Positions 13,926-26,504 of a DNA stretch of 64,000 nt are shown here, piece after piece. The notes under the pieces were generated by a model that ran no database searches, was not told the DNA's origin, and worked only from the letters and a program-made list of their open reading frames with translations. The DNA comes from Eledone cirrhosa (lineage: Eukaryota). The stretch lies in contig OZ024749.1 in the NCBI GenBank assembly GCA_964016885.1, positions 30,504,001 through 30,568,000 of the forward strand, given 5' to 3'. The stretch's first letter is position 1. Every line of letters starts with the position of its first letter. The translations under genes were made by a program, and so were the position numbers.

Positions 13926-14412
13926 TATTTATTAAAATAACAGATTAAAGTTTAAGCAAAGAATCGCTGCTTTTACCCTTAGCGGGATCTTCTGAAACTA
14001 ATAAGTCAATCTGTAAACGCAGAACTGGATATTTCAAAAAACGTTGCAACCGGAGGAAGACAGGAAGACGATACTTTGGTTCGTGGAAACGTTCGCTGGC
14101 AAAGAACGGGAAAAAACGAATAATATGTCATTAATAGGAGCGGTGAAAAACAATTACGCGCAACGTGGTTCTGTCTTTGCGCGTAATTGTTTTCCACCGC
14201 TCCTATTAATGACGCATTATTCGTTTTTTCCCGTTCTTTGCCAGCGAACGTTTCCACGAACCAAAGTATCGTCTTCCTGTCTTCCTCCGGTTGCAACGTT
14301 TTTTGAATTATCCAGTACTGCGTTTACAGATTGACTTGTTAGTTTCAGAAGATCCCGTTAAGGGTGAAAGCAGCGATTCTTTGCTTAAACTTTAATATGT
14401 TATTTTAATAAA
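13926..14412. repeat. ~230-bp-arm palindrome in a TA-flanked element (related piece at 23980-24145)
   Basis: The ORF track gives the same peptide on both strands; centre near 14160-14180. Confidence 0.92.
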
Positions 14413-14557
14413 TATATATATATATATATATGTAGGGGGTGAGTTTTATTGTAGTACAATAAAGCAATGCAGATATCGGATAAGAAGCACTCTACAGTTT
14501 GTGGGACTGGAGTATGCATAATATAAGATCAAAAGATGGTTAAAGGAGTTCCATATA

Positions 14558-14624
14558 TTTTATTATGCGCATTTCAAAAACAAACATCATCAAACAATAA
14601 TATTTGTGTTTTCATCAGATAAAA
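14558..14624 (-). ncRNA. Mirror copy of the 14747 hammerhead
   Basis: Exact reverse-complement arm. Confidence 0.85.
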
Positions 14625-14746
14625 CAGGAGAACATGATATGAAGGCTAAAAAACACTTGTTGATAGTGCAGTTTTAAATCAACATATGTTGATTTAAAAC
14701 TGCACTATCAACAAGTGTTTTTTAGCCTTCATATCATGTTCTCCTG

Positions 14747-14813
14747 TTTTATCTGATGAAAACACAAATATTATTGTTTGATGATGTTTGTTTTTGAAAT
14801 GCGCATAATAAAA
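14747..14813 (+). ncRNA. Type I hammerhead ribozyme in a palindrome arm
   Basis: ttttat CTGATGA aaacacaaat...gtttgttttt GAAA tgcgca TA ataaaa; ATGCGCAT palindrome. Confidence 0.85.
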
Positions 14814-14845
14814 TATATGGAACTCCTTTAACCATCTTTTGATCT

Positions 14846-14904
<59 letters not shown>

Positions 14905-15134
14905 TGTTTATATAACAATCCTACTCGGTAGAGACGTCGAAATCAACATTATGTGCAGATTTTCATGGACATATCTCAATACATTTGTCAATTAAAGATG
15001 ATTGGAAGATTGGTAATTCTCAACTCATGAGAACAACAGTTGATAGCATTAATACATAGACATAATGTCAACATACACAGTATTTATTTAATACATACAT
15101 ATTTGTATAATAGACACCTGTACACGCATATAAA

Positions 15135-15219
<85 letters not shown>

Positions 15220-15385
15220 ATATATATATAGTGAAAACTTGGATGGGAACAAAAACAGAGAGGCAGTACAAATAAAAGTTTATTAGGTCCACGCTCTTAA
15301 GAGCGGCACATATATCCTATGCATGCATGTTCTTGTAAATCCTGGGGTTTTCGTTGGCGTGCCGTATTGACACACGCCATTTATA

Positions 15386-15412
<27 letters not shown>

Positions 15413-15417
<5 letters not shown>

Positions 15418-16243
15418 CTCAACCTGTTAGTTCTATCGTTACTTTGGTATATTATTGTGTGTTAGATTTGCCTACCACAATGTTCGATTTGTCAAGCTAT
15501 TTAAACGTATGTTACTACTCTAAGGACCTAACTTATCGAGTGCTTTGCTAACTCATCATTTCATATAAGTAGGCCAAATTTACTTGCAAACCGCCAGAGA
15601 TTCGATTTTACTAAATTTCCAATTATATTATTCTCCTAGATTTAATAATTAACTAATTAATTTAATTAGACAATTCTGTTGATTGGTTAATTATATGTGT
15701 TTGTTTTATAACATCTAGTCGAGAGCTTATGATGATTAGCGGAAATTAAAATATTTCCTTTGTCTAACATTTTGAATGACCCGCCAAAAACAGGGGGTTA
15801 TTTCCCTTGCTGGAATTAACACGTGACAGCTATTGATACGATACACTGCATCTAGCAGCAACACTTAGCCTATCACCCCAGTTCTGGGTATAACGAAAAG
15901 CCTGTTGAAAAACTGAATCCTCCGTTCGATCATGAATACCACCAGCTTGCCAGTCACGTAAGTCTGATATTTGATTTCGATTTCAAAGAAACACGTTAAA
16001 CGATTAATCGTTTGATTTGTCCAGGTGTATTTTTCTCAACCTGTTAGTTCTATCGTTACTTTCGTATATTATTGTGTGTTAGATTTGCCTACCACAATGT
16101 TCGATTTGTCAAGCTATTTAAACGTATGTTATTACTCTAAGGACCTAACTTATCGAGTGCTTTGCTAACTCATCATTTCATATAAGTAGGCCGAATTTAC
16201 TTGCAAACCGCCGCCAGAGATTCAATTTTACTAAATTTCCAAT

Positions 16244-16245
<2 letters not shown>
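15413..16245. repeat. Direct repeat of ~210 bp with ~620-bp period (partial tandem, pLTR-like), TA-flanked
   Basis: ttctcaacctgttagttc...ctaaatttccaattata at 15413-15626 and 16031-16245. Confidence 0.85.
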
Positions 16246-16337
<92 letters not shown>

Positions 16338-17005
16338 CATATATATATATATATTTGTAAATATTTTAATCCACCTAGTGAATGGCAACTATCAGACGAA
16401 TGACTTTCGGTAACGAGACAGGCTTCGATGATAATTTTCACCTCTCTATGACGTATATAATATATATGTTCACCAGTAAAATACATATCATATATATAAT
16501 ATATTACTTCACCAGTACAATACCTATGTCATATATAAGATAACACGCATCACCACTGTCGTATATAAAATAACACACCTCACCAGTACAATATCCTATA
16601 GTGTAGATAAAATACAACATGACCGGCACAATATCCCTTGCATTCATGTTCTTGTAAATCCTAGGGGTTTTGTTGGTGTGCCGTATTGACACAGGCCATT
16701 TCTGGGGCAGTTTTAAAACCTGGCGGATCCCATGACCTCTTCAGGTCTGGATATAGCAGATTTCTTCCGGAGGAGTATAGAGAGTGTGAAAATGCAAGTG
16801 AGAAGGAGGTATAGGGGAAGAATCGATCCCAGTACTTCATCGATACATTTTCTATCAACCTCGAATAGATGAAAGGCAATGTTGATCTCGGTGGGATTTA
16901 ATTCAGAGAGCAGAGAACCTGGTTGAATAACGCGAATCATTCTCTCCGACATTCTAACAACTCTGCAAATTTGCTGTCAATGTTGTTACCGTAATGTATT
17001 TCAAA

Positions 17006-17362
17006 TAATGTTTCTACTTTTGACACTAGGCCAGCAATTACCCCAGTGCATTACTGGTACTTTATATTATCGACCCCGTAAGGATGAACGGCAAAGTTAA
17101 CCTCGGTGGGATTTGAACTCAGATTGGAAAGGACCGCAACTCTATACTGCAAAGCATGGCGTCTGACCCTCTGCCGATAATAATTGTTTCTACTATTGGC
17201 ACAAGGCCAACATTACCCCAGTGCATTACTGGTACTTTATTTTATCGACACCGTAAGGATGAAAGGCAAAGTTTACCTCGGTGGCATTTGAACTCAGTTT
17301 GGAAAGGGCCGTAACTCTATGCTAGAAAGCATGGCGTCCGACCCTCTACCGATATTGCCAAT
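17006..17362 (-). mobile_element. Two tandem SINE copies
   Basis: Direct similarity. Confidence 0.85.
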
Positions 17363-18422
17363 CGACCAATAATGACGAATATCTCTATATGCCTAGCACA
17401 TTCATTTCAGTGGTACTACTGAGGCCAATTCGCTGCCTCAGACTATCGATAAGTATGTATTAATATCCAATGATTAATATTATATCATGACGCATTTAAT
17501 TCGTAGCCTTGATGATTTTGTTTACCAAATACAATCTATTTCAATTAATTAACGAAGAATTTTGAAGAATTTACTAAAGTCTTAATTATTCCATTACACA
17601 AAGAGTAACGTGACATGTGATTCCTATAGAGAAATTTTGGGAATATTTTAATTTAAAATGAAAACTTTCGATACTTTCTTTACCGCATTTCTAATGAAAT
17701 AAAATCTATTTTAATTTTAATTATTTTAATTATAACTTATTTCCCTAAAATATTACCTTAACATATATTTTTGATTCAAAAACATGCTGGAAGCTATATA
17801 TTTCAATAGCAATGTTATTTAGAAAGAGATCCTGTTATGGCCAAGATGGTTTGAAACGAGTTAATTATTAATCTTCCATAAGTGACGCTCAAGTAGCCTG
17901 AAAGGGGTGTGTAATTAGAATCTAATGAGCCGTGAGCACGGTGAAAAAGTCAATTGAATCCTCAAACCACGCTATAATTAGGTTTGTAACTATCAGAGCT
18001 AAAATAATTTCACAGTAGGAGTAAATACATACGGTTGTTTCCCTTGTATGATATTTATTGGTAACTCAAATTCAAGGACATACAGGGTATTTCTAAAAGT
18101 TTGATATCATTTGAGATATTGAATAACTCCAAAACTCCAGCATCTAGGACAACGAGACTGAGCAGGCTTAATATTGGACAACATAAGATTTATTGATCAA
18201 AATTTGATAATATTACGACACTAATTCACAAAATATAGGGGTAGTTTCAGGGATATTTTCACTGTATATATATTGTTTTAAATTACTCAGGAGGAAACAG
18301 ACTAACCTGCACACCACAGGCTCCAGCCTGCATACTCAAGTGTCGGTAAGCAACCAACACAAACTGAAATTTATATATATATATATATGTGTGTGTGCGC
18401 GCGTATGTATATATATATATAT

Positions 18423-18498
<76 letters not shown>

Positions 18499-18501
<3 letters not shown>

Positions 18502-18692
18502 AACGAGTAGGACCCCGACGGCTGAGCTCAAGCCGTTTCAACAGCTAATTCTGGACCAGAATTAGCCGTAGAAACGGCTTGAGCTCAGACGTCGGGGTCC
18601 TACTCGTTCCTATTACCCACTCTACTACCCTAAGTATTGAATACTTTGGTACGTTATGGTCCACATGGTTCCTTACCACATTTCCTTCGTTA
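18499..18692. mobile_element. Short fold-back element family F1 in (TA)n (orientation opposite to the other copies)
   Basis: ~140-bp arm plus ~55-bp inverted arm, both ends in (TA)n. Confidence 0.85.
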
Positions 18693-18746
18693 TATATATA
18701 TATATATATATATACACCCACACACACATACACACACACACATACA

Positions 18747-18809
<63 letters not shown>

Positions 18810-19497
18810 ATGGTGTTTCAAAAGTCAGATATCATTTTAGATGTAAATATTACCAAAACTACAAAGTCCTGAACATCGAGATTGAACACGCTTAATGTTG
18901 AGCCGCATAAAATCTATTCTTCAAACCTTGTCAATATTATGACACTAACTCATAATATATATATTAATACCAACCTTGCGATCAAGCCATTGTCCAAGTA
19001 TGGGAGACACACAAATGATATCAAATCTTATTAAACCACTGTAATAAATTAACTATGAATTATTACTTTGTGTAAGCAAAAATAGGATAGTTTGGTGTGG
19101 GACTACACTCTTATATTAATTGATATAAATTCAGAGATCCGTGCCATTGTTGATCATACGTGAGATATGTATGAAAAGAAATGGTTCCCTTCAGTCATGA
19201 CTGGCACTATTTGAATGACTGGCTCCATATTTTATGGTTGCCTTCCCAACGTCACAGATGGGAAAACACAAAAGCCAATACAGCTTAGCATCTGTGTGGA
19301 ACCAACTAATGTTTTTCCCAACTGAGTGATCTGCAGCCATGTGAAATAAAGTGTCTTACTGAAGTTCACAACACGCCACGCCACCCGGTTCGAACATCGA
19401 ACCCACGATCGTAAGATCATCAGTACCAATTGATTCACCACTCAACCACTCGTCTTAGAAATTAGAGGCCTTGTGCTAAATGTGGAAACAATTATAG

Positions 19498-20110
19498 TGT
19501 GGATTGGCAATACCGGTAGAGGGTCGGACGCCATGCTATGCAGCATAGAGTTACGGTCCTTTATGATCTGAGTTCAAATCCCGCAGAGGTTAACTTTGCC
19601 TTTCCTCCTTACGGGGGTCGATAAAATAAAGTACCAGCCACGCACAGGGGTTGATTTAATCGACTGTCCCCTCCCGCAAATTACTGGCCTTGTGCCTATA
19701 CTAGAAATCATTATAATGTGGATTAGCATAATCGGTAGAGGGTCGGACGCCATGTTTTGCAGCGTAGAGTTACGGCCCTTTACGTTCTGAGTTCAAATCC
19801 CGCCGAAGTTAAATTTGCCCTTCATCCTTACGGGGTCGATAAAATAAAGTACCAGTAATGCACTGAGGTACTTGCTGGTCTTGTGCCAAAAATAGAAACA
19901 TTTACAATACAATAGGTTAGAACAATGGCATTTGGCAGTATCGGTAGAGGGTCGGACGCCATGCTTTCCAGCATAGTTACGTCCCTTTACGATCTGAGTT
20001 CAAATCCCGCCGAGGTTGACTTTGCCTTTCATCCTTACGGGGTCGATAAAATATAGTACCAGTAATGCACTGGGTAATTGCTGGCCTTGTGCCTAAAGTA
20101 GAAACAATTA
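19498..20110 (+). mobile_element. Three head-to-tail SINE copies
   Basis: Direct similarity. Confidence 0.85.
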
Positions 20111-21299
20111 TTGAAGGCCTGATTAATTGGTTTTCAATGAAGGAATATTTAGTTTCAGGCGATAGCAGGAGGTTTGATGGAAAGTTTGATGATAATGCTG
20201 AAATATAAAGCGACAATGTAGAATCTTCGTTATCAGTTGAAATCAGAAATAGTAAAAGCCGTGTTGAAACTTTGAGGTATTTTTTTACAAAAAGTAGAAT
20301 ATTGTGGCTGTATTATGGCTATTTAAGATTATTGGTTGTGTTTCTATTTCTGTATTACTTGTATGTATTACTTGTATGTTGTCTTGCTTGTATGTTGCTA
20401 GATATGTAGTTGCATTCTAGAAAGATCCGGTGTTGTGCTGTTTCAAACTTGGTTGTGAGAGCACACTCCTTCTGGTACAATTGCACATATATAACTATAA
20501 CAAATATATGAGTGCTGTAGCACCATTGGTTCCAATGACGAGCATTTCAGTTGTTTGAACGGGAGAACTGCTTGCTATATGAGGTGAATCTAACTTAAAA
20601 GTGACCTAGCATTTCAGTGGCACGTGTGCCAGTTAATATGTGACAAGGACAAGGCTCGCCTTTTGAATTATAAAAGAAACTGTAATTTTCGTCAGCTGAG
20701 TCGACTGGAGCAGCATGAAAATTGAACTCGTGATGTTACGATCGAGGGCCAAACACTCTTACAACTAAGCCACATGCATCCAGATTTATAATATAAATAA
20801 TATATAGCTGGAAGAGGGAAAGGTTGAATATCCAGGCTTACACACTCGACAATTAAAAAAGCAACTATAAAAAACATCGAAAAACATATTTAATGTTTCT
20901 CTACTCCAATTTATTTCCAATCTAGCTATGAAAACTTTTTATATAATGCTTTCTAAATCGATCAAGAATAATCAATACTAAAATCAGTTCATTAATGCTC
21001 GTTGTTAATGCATTAAAATATATATATGCCCAGGAATATGTTACCTCAGGAGATTCTTCAATTGGACGGCTTTTATTCATATTTGCTTTACGATTGCAAA
21101 CGGAACTCAATGATTAGTTAAGTAGCGATAGGTGACTCGACAAAATATTCAAATATATTTATTTTCATTTTAGAAGAATTATTTCGATGATATGATGATG
21201 GTCATTGTATTTATCGTAACATAAACTTTACCCACGTCTTTATTTCCCTTTCCATAGACTGAATGGTCGTAGATTATATATACGTTATATTTGTCTGTG

Positions 21300-21673
<374 letters not shown>

Positions 21674-21675
<2 letters not shown>

Positions 21676-21872
21676 CGAAGGAAATGTGGTAAGGAACCAG
21701 GTGGACCATAACGCACCAAAGTACTCAATACTTGAGGTAGTAGAGTGGGTAATAGGAACCAGTAAGACCCCGACAGCTGAGCTCAAGCCGTTTCGACGGC
21801 TAATTCTATTAGACGTCGAAACGAATTAGCCGTCGAAACGGCTTGAGCTCAGCTGTCGGGGTCTTACTGGTT

Positions 21873-21875
<3 letters not shown>
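21674..21875. mobile_element. Fold-back element F1 in (TA)n
   Basis: aacgaaggaaatgtgg...ctaattc / gaattag...gttcc followed by (TA)n. Confidence 0.85.
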
Positions 21876-21917
<42 letters not shown>

Positions 21918-22083
21918 GTATGTATATATATATATACGTATGTATATATATATATATGCATATATATATATATATATATATATACAGGTGATGATTGATG
22001 TGATGACCATGTGATGACGAGTGAGAGTAACAATCAAATGCCTCCCCGGGGAAATCAGCACCAATTTGCATGTAGTTGAAGCA

Positions 22084-22135
<52 letters not shown>

Positions 22136-23640
22136 CATGTAGTCTGAAATAAAGCAATTTCTTTCGCTCCGCTGTCGCCAAATTATTACGTCATTAATTT
22201 GATATAAACATAACATTCAAAGAATGTAAACTCGTTACTAATAAAACCAATGTTAGTAATGTTTCTGATTTGAATAGGAGGGGAATGTCGATTAAATCGA
22301 CTCCAGTGCATTACTGGTACTTTATTTCATCGACTCCGTACAGGAAAAAGGTGAAGCTAACCTTCGTGGGATTTGAATGTAAACCTAGGTAACTCTATGC
22401 TGCAAAGCATGTTGTCCGTCGCTCTACCGATTGTAATACTAATCCGCCACGCTTTGGTCAGTATATAAGAATTGTTTCTAATTTTGACATAACGATTAAA
22501 TCGAGCGCAGTACATTACTGGTACTTTATTTTATCGACCACGTAAGGATGAAAGGCAAAGCTAATCCAAATGATTTGAACTCAGAACCTGATCGGACGTA
22601 ATTATATATCACAAAATATGTTGTCAGGCGCTCTACCGATTACTGCCAATTAATAGTTATTTCTACATTAGGTTCAAGGCCAGTACTTCTGGGGATGGAG
22701 AAAATCGATAAATCGGACTTATTATTTGAATTGTAGTTTATTTTATCGATCTGGAAAGGAAAATATGCAAAGCTCACCTCGGCGGGATTTGAACCTAGAA
22801 TGAATACTGAAAGAATATTCCGACGATGTAATAATTACTTATCGTTAATATAGTAATGAGGCCTGTGGGTTAGCAGTACTTGTAGGAAATCTGACAACAT
22901 GCTTTGCGCCATAAGTTTATGGCCCCTTACGTTCTGAGTTCAAATCCCACCGGGTTAGCTTTGCCTTTCATCCTTAAGGGGTTTGGTAACATAAAGCACA
23001 AGGAATGCAATTCCCTCACCTCTGAAATTTTGGCCTCTTGCCTCAATATAGTAATATCATTTATATTTTCGATTTCTGTGCTTTCACTGCGACAGAAAGA
23101 CAAAATTTGTGCAATGTTCGAAATGCTATCTATTGTAGAGGCGGCGAATATGCAGAGTCGATAGAAAGTCGGATATAATGTTTCATGGTATACGTTCCAG
23201 GCTTTGTGCTCCGAAACTACCCACAAAGGGCACCTTTGTCTTATTCTATTCATTCGAGACAGATACACAAATTACTAGTCATGTACTGGGGTCGATTCTT
23301 CCGCTGTGCCTCTTTCTCACTTCCATTCTCTCTTTATCTATCCTTCTCTGGAAGAAATCTGCTGTATTGAGACCTGATGAGGGGATAGGTTCCACCAGGT
23401 TTTAAAATTTTCTAGAAAGACCTTATGTCAATATGGTGCCACTGCAGCTTACCCAGGAGTTACGAGACCATGCGTGCATGCATTGATTAAGAGTCGTGTA
23501 CTATGTGTAGTATTACAGAGTCAACAAGAAATACCGTATATTTACATGCGTGTGTATGTAAGCATATGTGTGCGGGTGTTCAAGTTTTGGGGGGAAAAGC
23601 TCATAGGCTGACCAAGGGTCTCTATATAAATTAGGGTGTG

Positions 23641-23673
<33 letters not shown>

Positions 23674-23679
23674 GAAAAG

Positions 23680-23852
23680 AGGCAGAGTTCCGTCCGTTTC
23701 GACAGCTAGTTCGGTTCTAGCCCTCAAAACGGCCGGAGCTCTGCGGTCGGGGTCCTGACTCTTTTGCTATTACCCACTCTACTACCCTAAGAATCGACTA
23801 CTCTGGTGCGTTATGGGCCACCTGGCATCTTACCACACTTTTTTTTTGTTTT
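23680..23852. mobile_element. Older, diverged F1-related copy (other remnants at ~33600-33650, 48661-48702, 62687-62800)
   Basis: Shares ctattacccactctactaccctaag...ggtgcgttatgg. Confidence 0.7.
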
Positions 23853-24140
23853 ATATATATACGGGTTGAATCGTGAGAAACCAGAGTAAGTAAGGTACTC
23901 AATACATAGCATGATTTCTCCCGAATGAAACAGTTCTAGTCCTGTAGAAGCCATTGCTATATTAAATATTTATATAATGAATCGTTGCTATCACATATGT
24001 TAAGGGTGAAAGCAACGATTCCTTGCTTAAACTTTAATCTGTTATTTTAATAAATATTTGCTCTACGGTTCTTATATATTTGATATATATTTATCCTTAT
24101 CGAGCCCTCTTTGGATTTTAGTCTTCAAATTTATTATTAT

Positions 24141-24221
<81 letters not shown>

Positions 24222-24587
24222 CTTTAGTCAAAAATACGGTGAAGGCTATTCTATTTTCTAATTTCAAACCTGCTCACTGTTTCAAAACATATATATATAT
24301 ATATATATACATGGAAAGTTATATTTAAATTGTTGGGTTACAACTAGTAAATATTTATAACTGATATAAAAGCACTCGACAAGTATTTGGAGTATATTTA
24401 CGATATTTAATATCGTATATATATATATATATATATTTAATATAGAAATGGCTTCTACACGACTATATATATATATATACTTGAGGCGGTTGACCGGGCT
24501 AGTAGCTGCTACATGGTCGGCCGCTCTCATGTCTCTGAATTTCAGCACCATGGATTTTGTCTATTATATTCCTTTGTTATATTTCGA

Positions 24588-24645
24588 ATACCTGATGATG
24601 TCACCGGATTCATACTGAACTCGGTCAATGAAATGATCATAGTAT
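24588..24645 (+). ncRNA. Type I hammerhead ribozyme
   Basis: atac CTGATGA tgtcaccg...cggtcaat GAAA tgatca TA gtat; ATGATCAT palindrome; imperfect base of stem II. Confidence 0.72.
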
Positions 24646-24677
24646 AATGAACCTTTTAAGGAATTACACCAGTCCAG

Positions 24678-24719
<42 letters not shown>

Positions 24720-24864
24720 CTGGACTATATATATAAGAAAGTAAGTCCATAGAATCATTAGATAAAATATATACAGTATTTCTTCTCCCAATCAGCATAA
24801 TCAACCATACAAAAAATCATTTAAACGAGGCTTTAAGTTTAAAATATACCTATCAAGAAATAAT

Positions 24865-25050
24865 TGTTTCTACTATTGGCACAAGGCCAGCAAATACCCA
24901 GTACATTACTGGTACCTTATTTTATCGACCCCCGTAAGGATGAAAGGCAAAGTTAACCTCGGCGGGATTTGAACTCAGAATGGCAAGGGCCGTAACTCTA
25001 TGCTGCAAAGCATGGCGTCCGACCCTCTACCGATACTGCCAATCCACCAC
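24865..25050 (-). mobile_element. SINE with a 16-bp target-site duplication
   Basis: cctatcaagaaataat (24849-24864) / cctatgaagaaataat (25051-25066). Confidence 0.88.
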
Positions 25051-25668
25051 CCTATGAAGAAATAATAGATAAATAAATGATAGCTTTTTATCCGCGATTC
25101 ACAGTCACAGAATATTTTCCTAGTGTTTCTGATAGCCTGTAGAAATTCACTAGACATATAGTTAACTATACATAATTAGGTACAAAATCAAAGTTAGAAG
25201 AAAAAATGTACATAAACATACCCAAATCATGAAAACATATCTCTACCTCCGGGGATTTCATTCGCTTTTTGGAAATATCCGATTATATATATATATATAT
25301 TCCTGTATGTCATGTCTGATATTTTTGCCTGAGAAAATACCTATATGTATGTATTGATAGTGCGTTCATATATATATTATTTTTTTAATATCTTTATGTG
25401 TGTGTAGATGGTACATACATATATTTATTATTTTAATATCCAATTGAGTTCTTAAACACGTGGTTAAAATACCTAACAGGCTTTAATGACCCGCGTGTAT
25501 ATTATTTTATATTTTACGATGACCTCCCCTTCCCTTTTGGGGACAGTGTGAAATTTCTTTTTGAAGGACTACTGGCCTTTCAAATTTAGCTGTCCTTCTA
25601 GCACTGACGTAGACCATCACTGATTATTAATATCGATGTAGTTTTTTTATATCGATATTGCATGGGCA

Positions 25669-25791
25669 TCCACTGATGAGTTATACGGGCCCGCTTGTGT
25701 GTATATCTATGGATTATATACAAGTTTCTACATAACTTGGACTTTATTTATCCCAACTTGTAGAAATCTTACAACGAAACGATCGTATGGA
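25669..25791 (+). ncRNA. Type I hammerhead with a ~95-nt extended stem II
   Basis: tcca CTGATGA gttata...tacaac GAAA cgatcg TA tgga; internal tttctaca/tgtagaaa hairpin; ACGATCGT palindrome, GUA site. Confidence 0.78.
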
Positions 25792-26435
25792 AGGAAAGAG
25801 AGATTTATTTAATTATGTCTCATATAAAATAATACAACCAACTATCCACGGAATACTATATAGTTAGCACCACAAACACATAATTGGGATTATACTCAGG
25901 TATATCCTAATGTTTGTTGAGTGAGATGGAGTTGGTCAGAGTATCGCTTAAAGCTTTCTCTGTTAATGTATTAAATATATATAGTAAGTAGAATAAACGA
26001 ATTTGTAGCAGAAAGTAGCGGATTCGCGCCCGAATTTTGAGACTCGAAGCACTCAACGATAAAGTAATATAGAAATTGCTCCTCAGAGTGAACTCAGAGT
26101 GAACTCAATAAGTTAGCTAATAGCTATAAAAGGAATAATGTGAGTAGCCAGAGAACGACAAATCCAGAAAGGTTAAAATCTTTAACCTGTCTGTATTTTT
26201 CGATCATGTAGTATTAATGGTCGCATTAGTCATTGTGTCACTATTACCTAATGTATTATGTATATACATTTATATATATAAATATATATATATATAAATT
26301 TATATATATAAATATATATATATTTATATATATATATTTTTATATATATAAATTTATATATATAAATATATATATATATATATAAATATATATATATAAA
26401 TATATATATATATTTATATATATAAATTTATATAC

Positions 26436-26504
<69 letters not shown>

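Larger units (their letters stand above)
14431..14852. repeat. Perfect palindrome centred on CATATG (14683-14688), with hammerheads
   Basis: ~165-bp arms, flanked by (TA)n. Confidence 0.92.

Noticed and set aside
14006-14334. Same 96-aa peptide on both strands
   Set aside because: A consequence of the palindrome; no evidence of coding.
26040-26090. CTGAGGA on the minus strand
   Set aside because: No GAAA or stem III at a suitable position.
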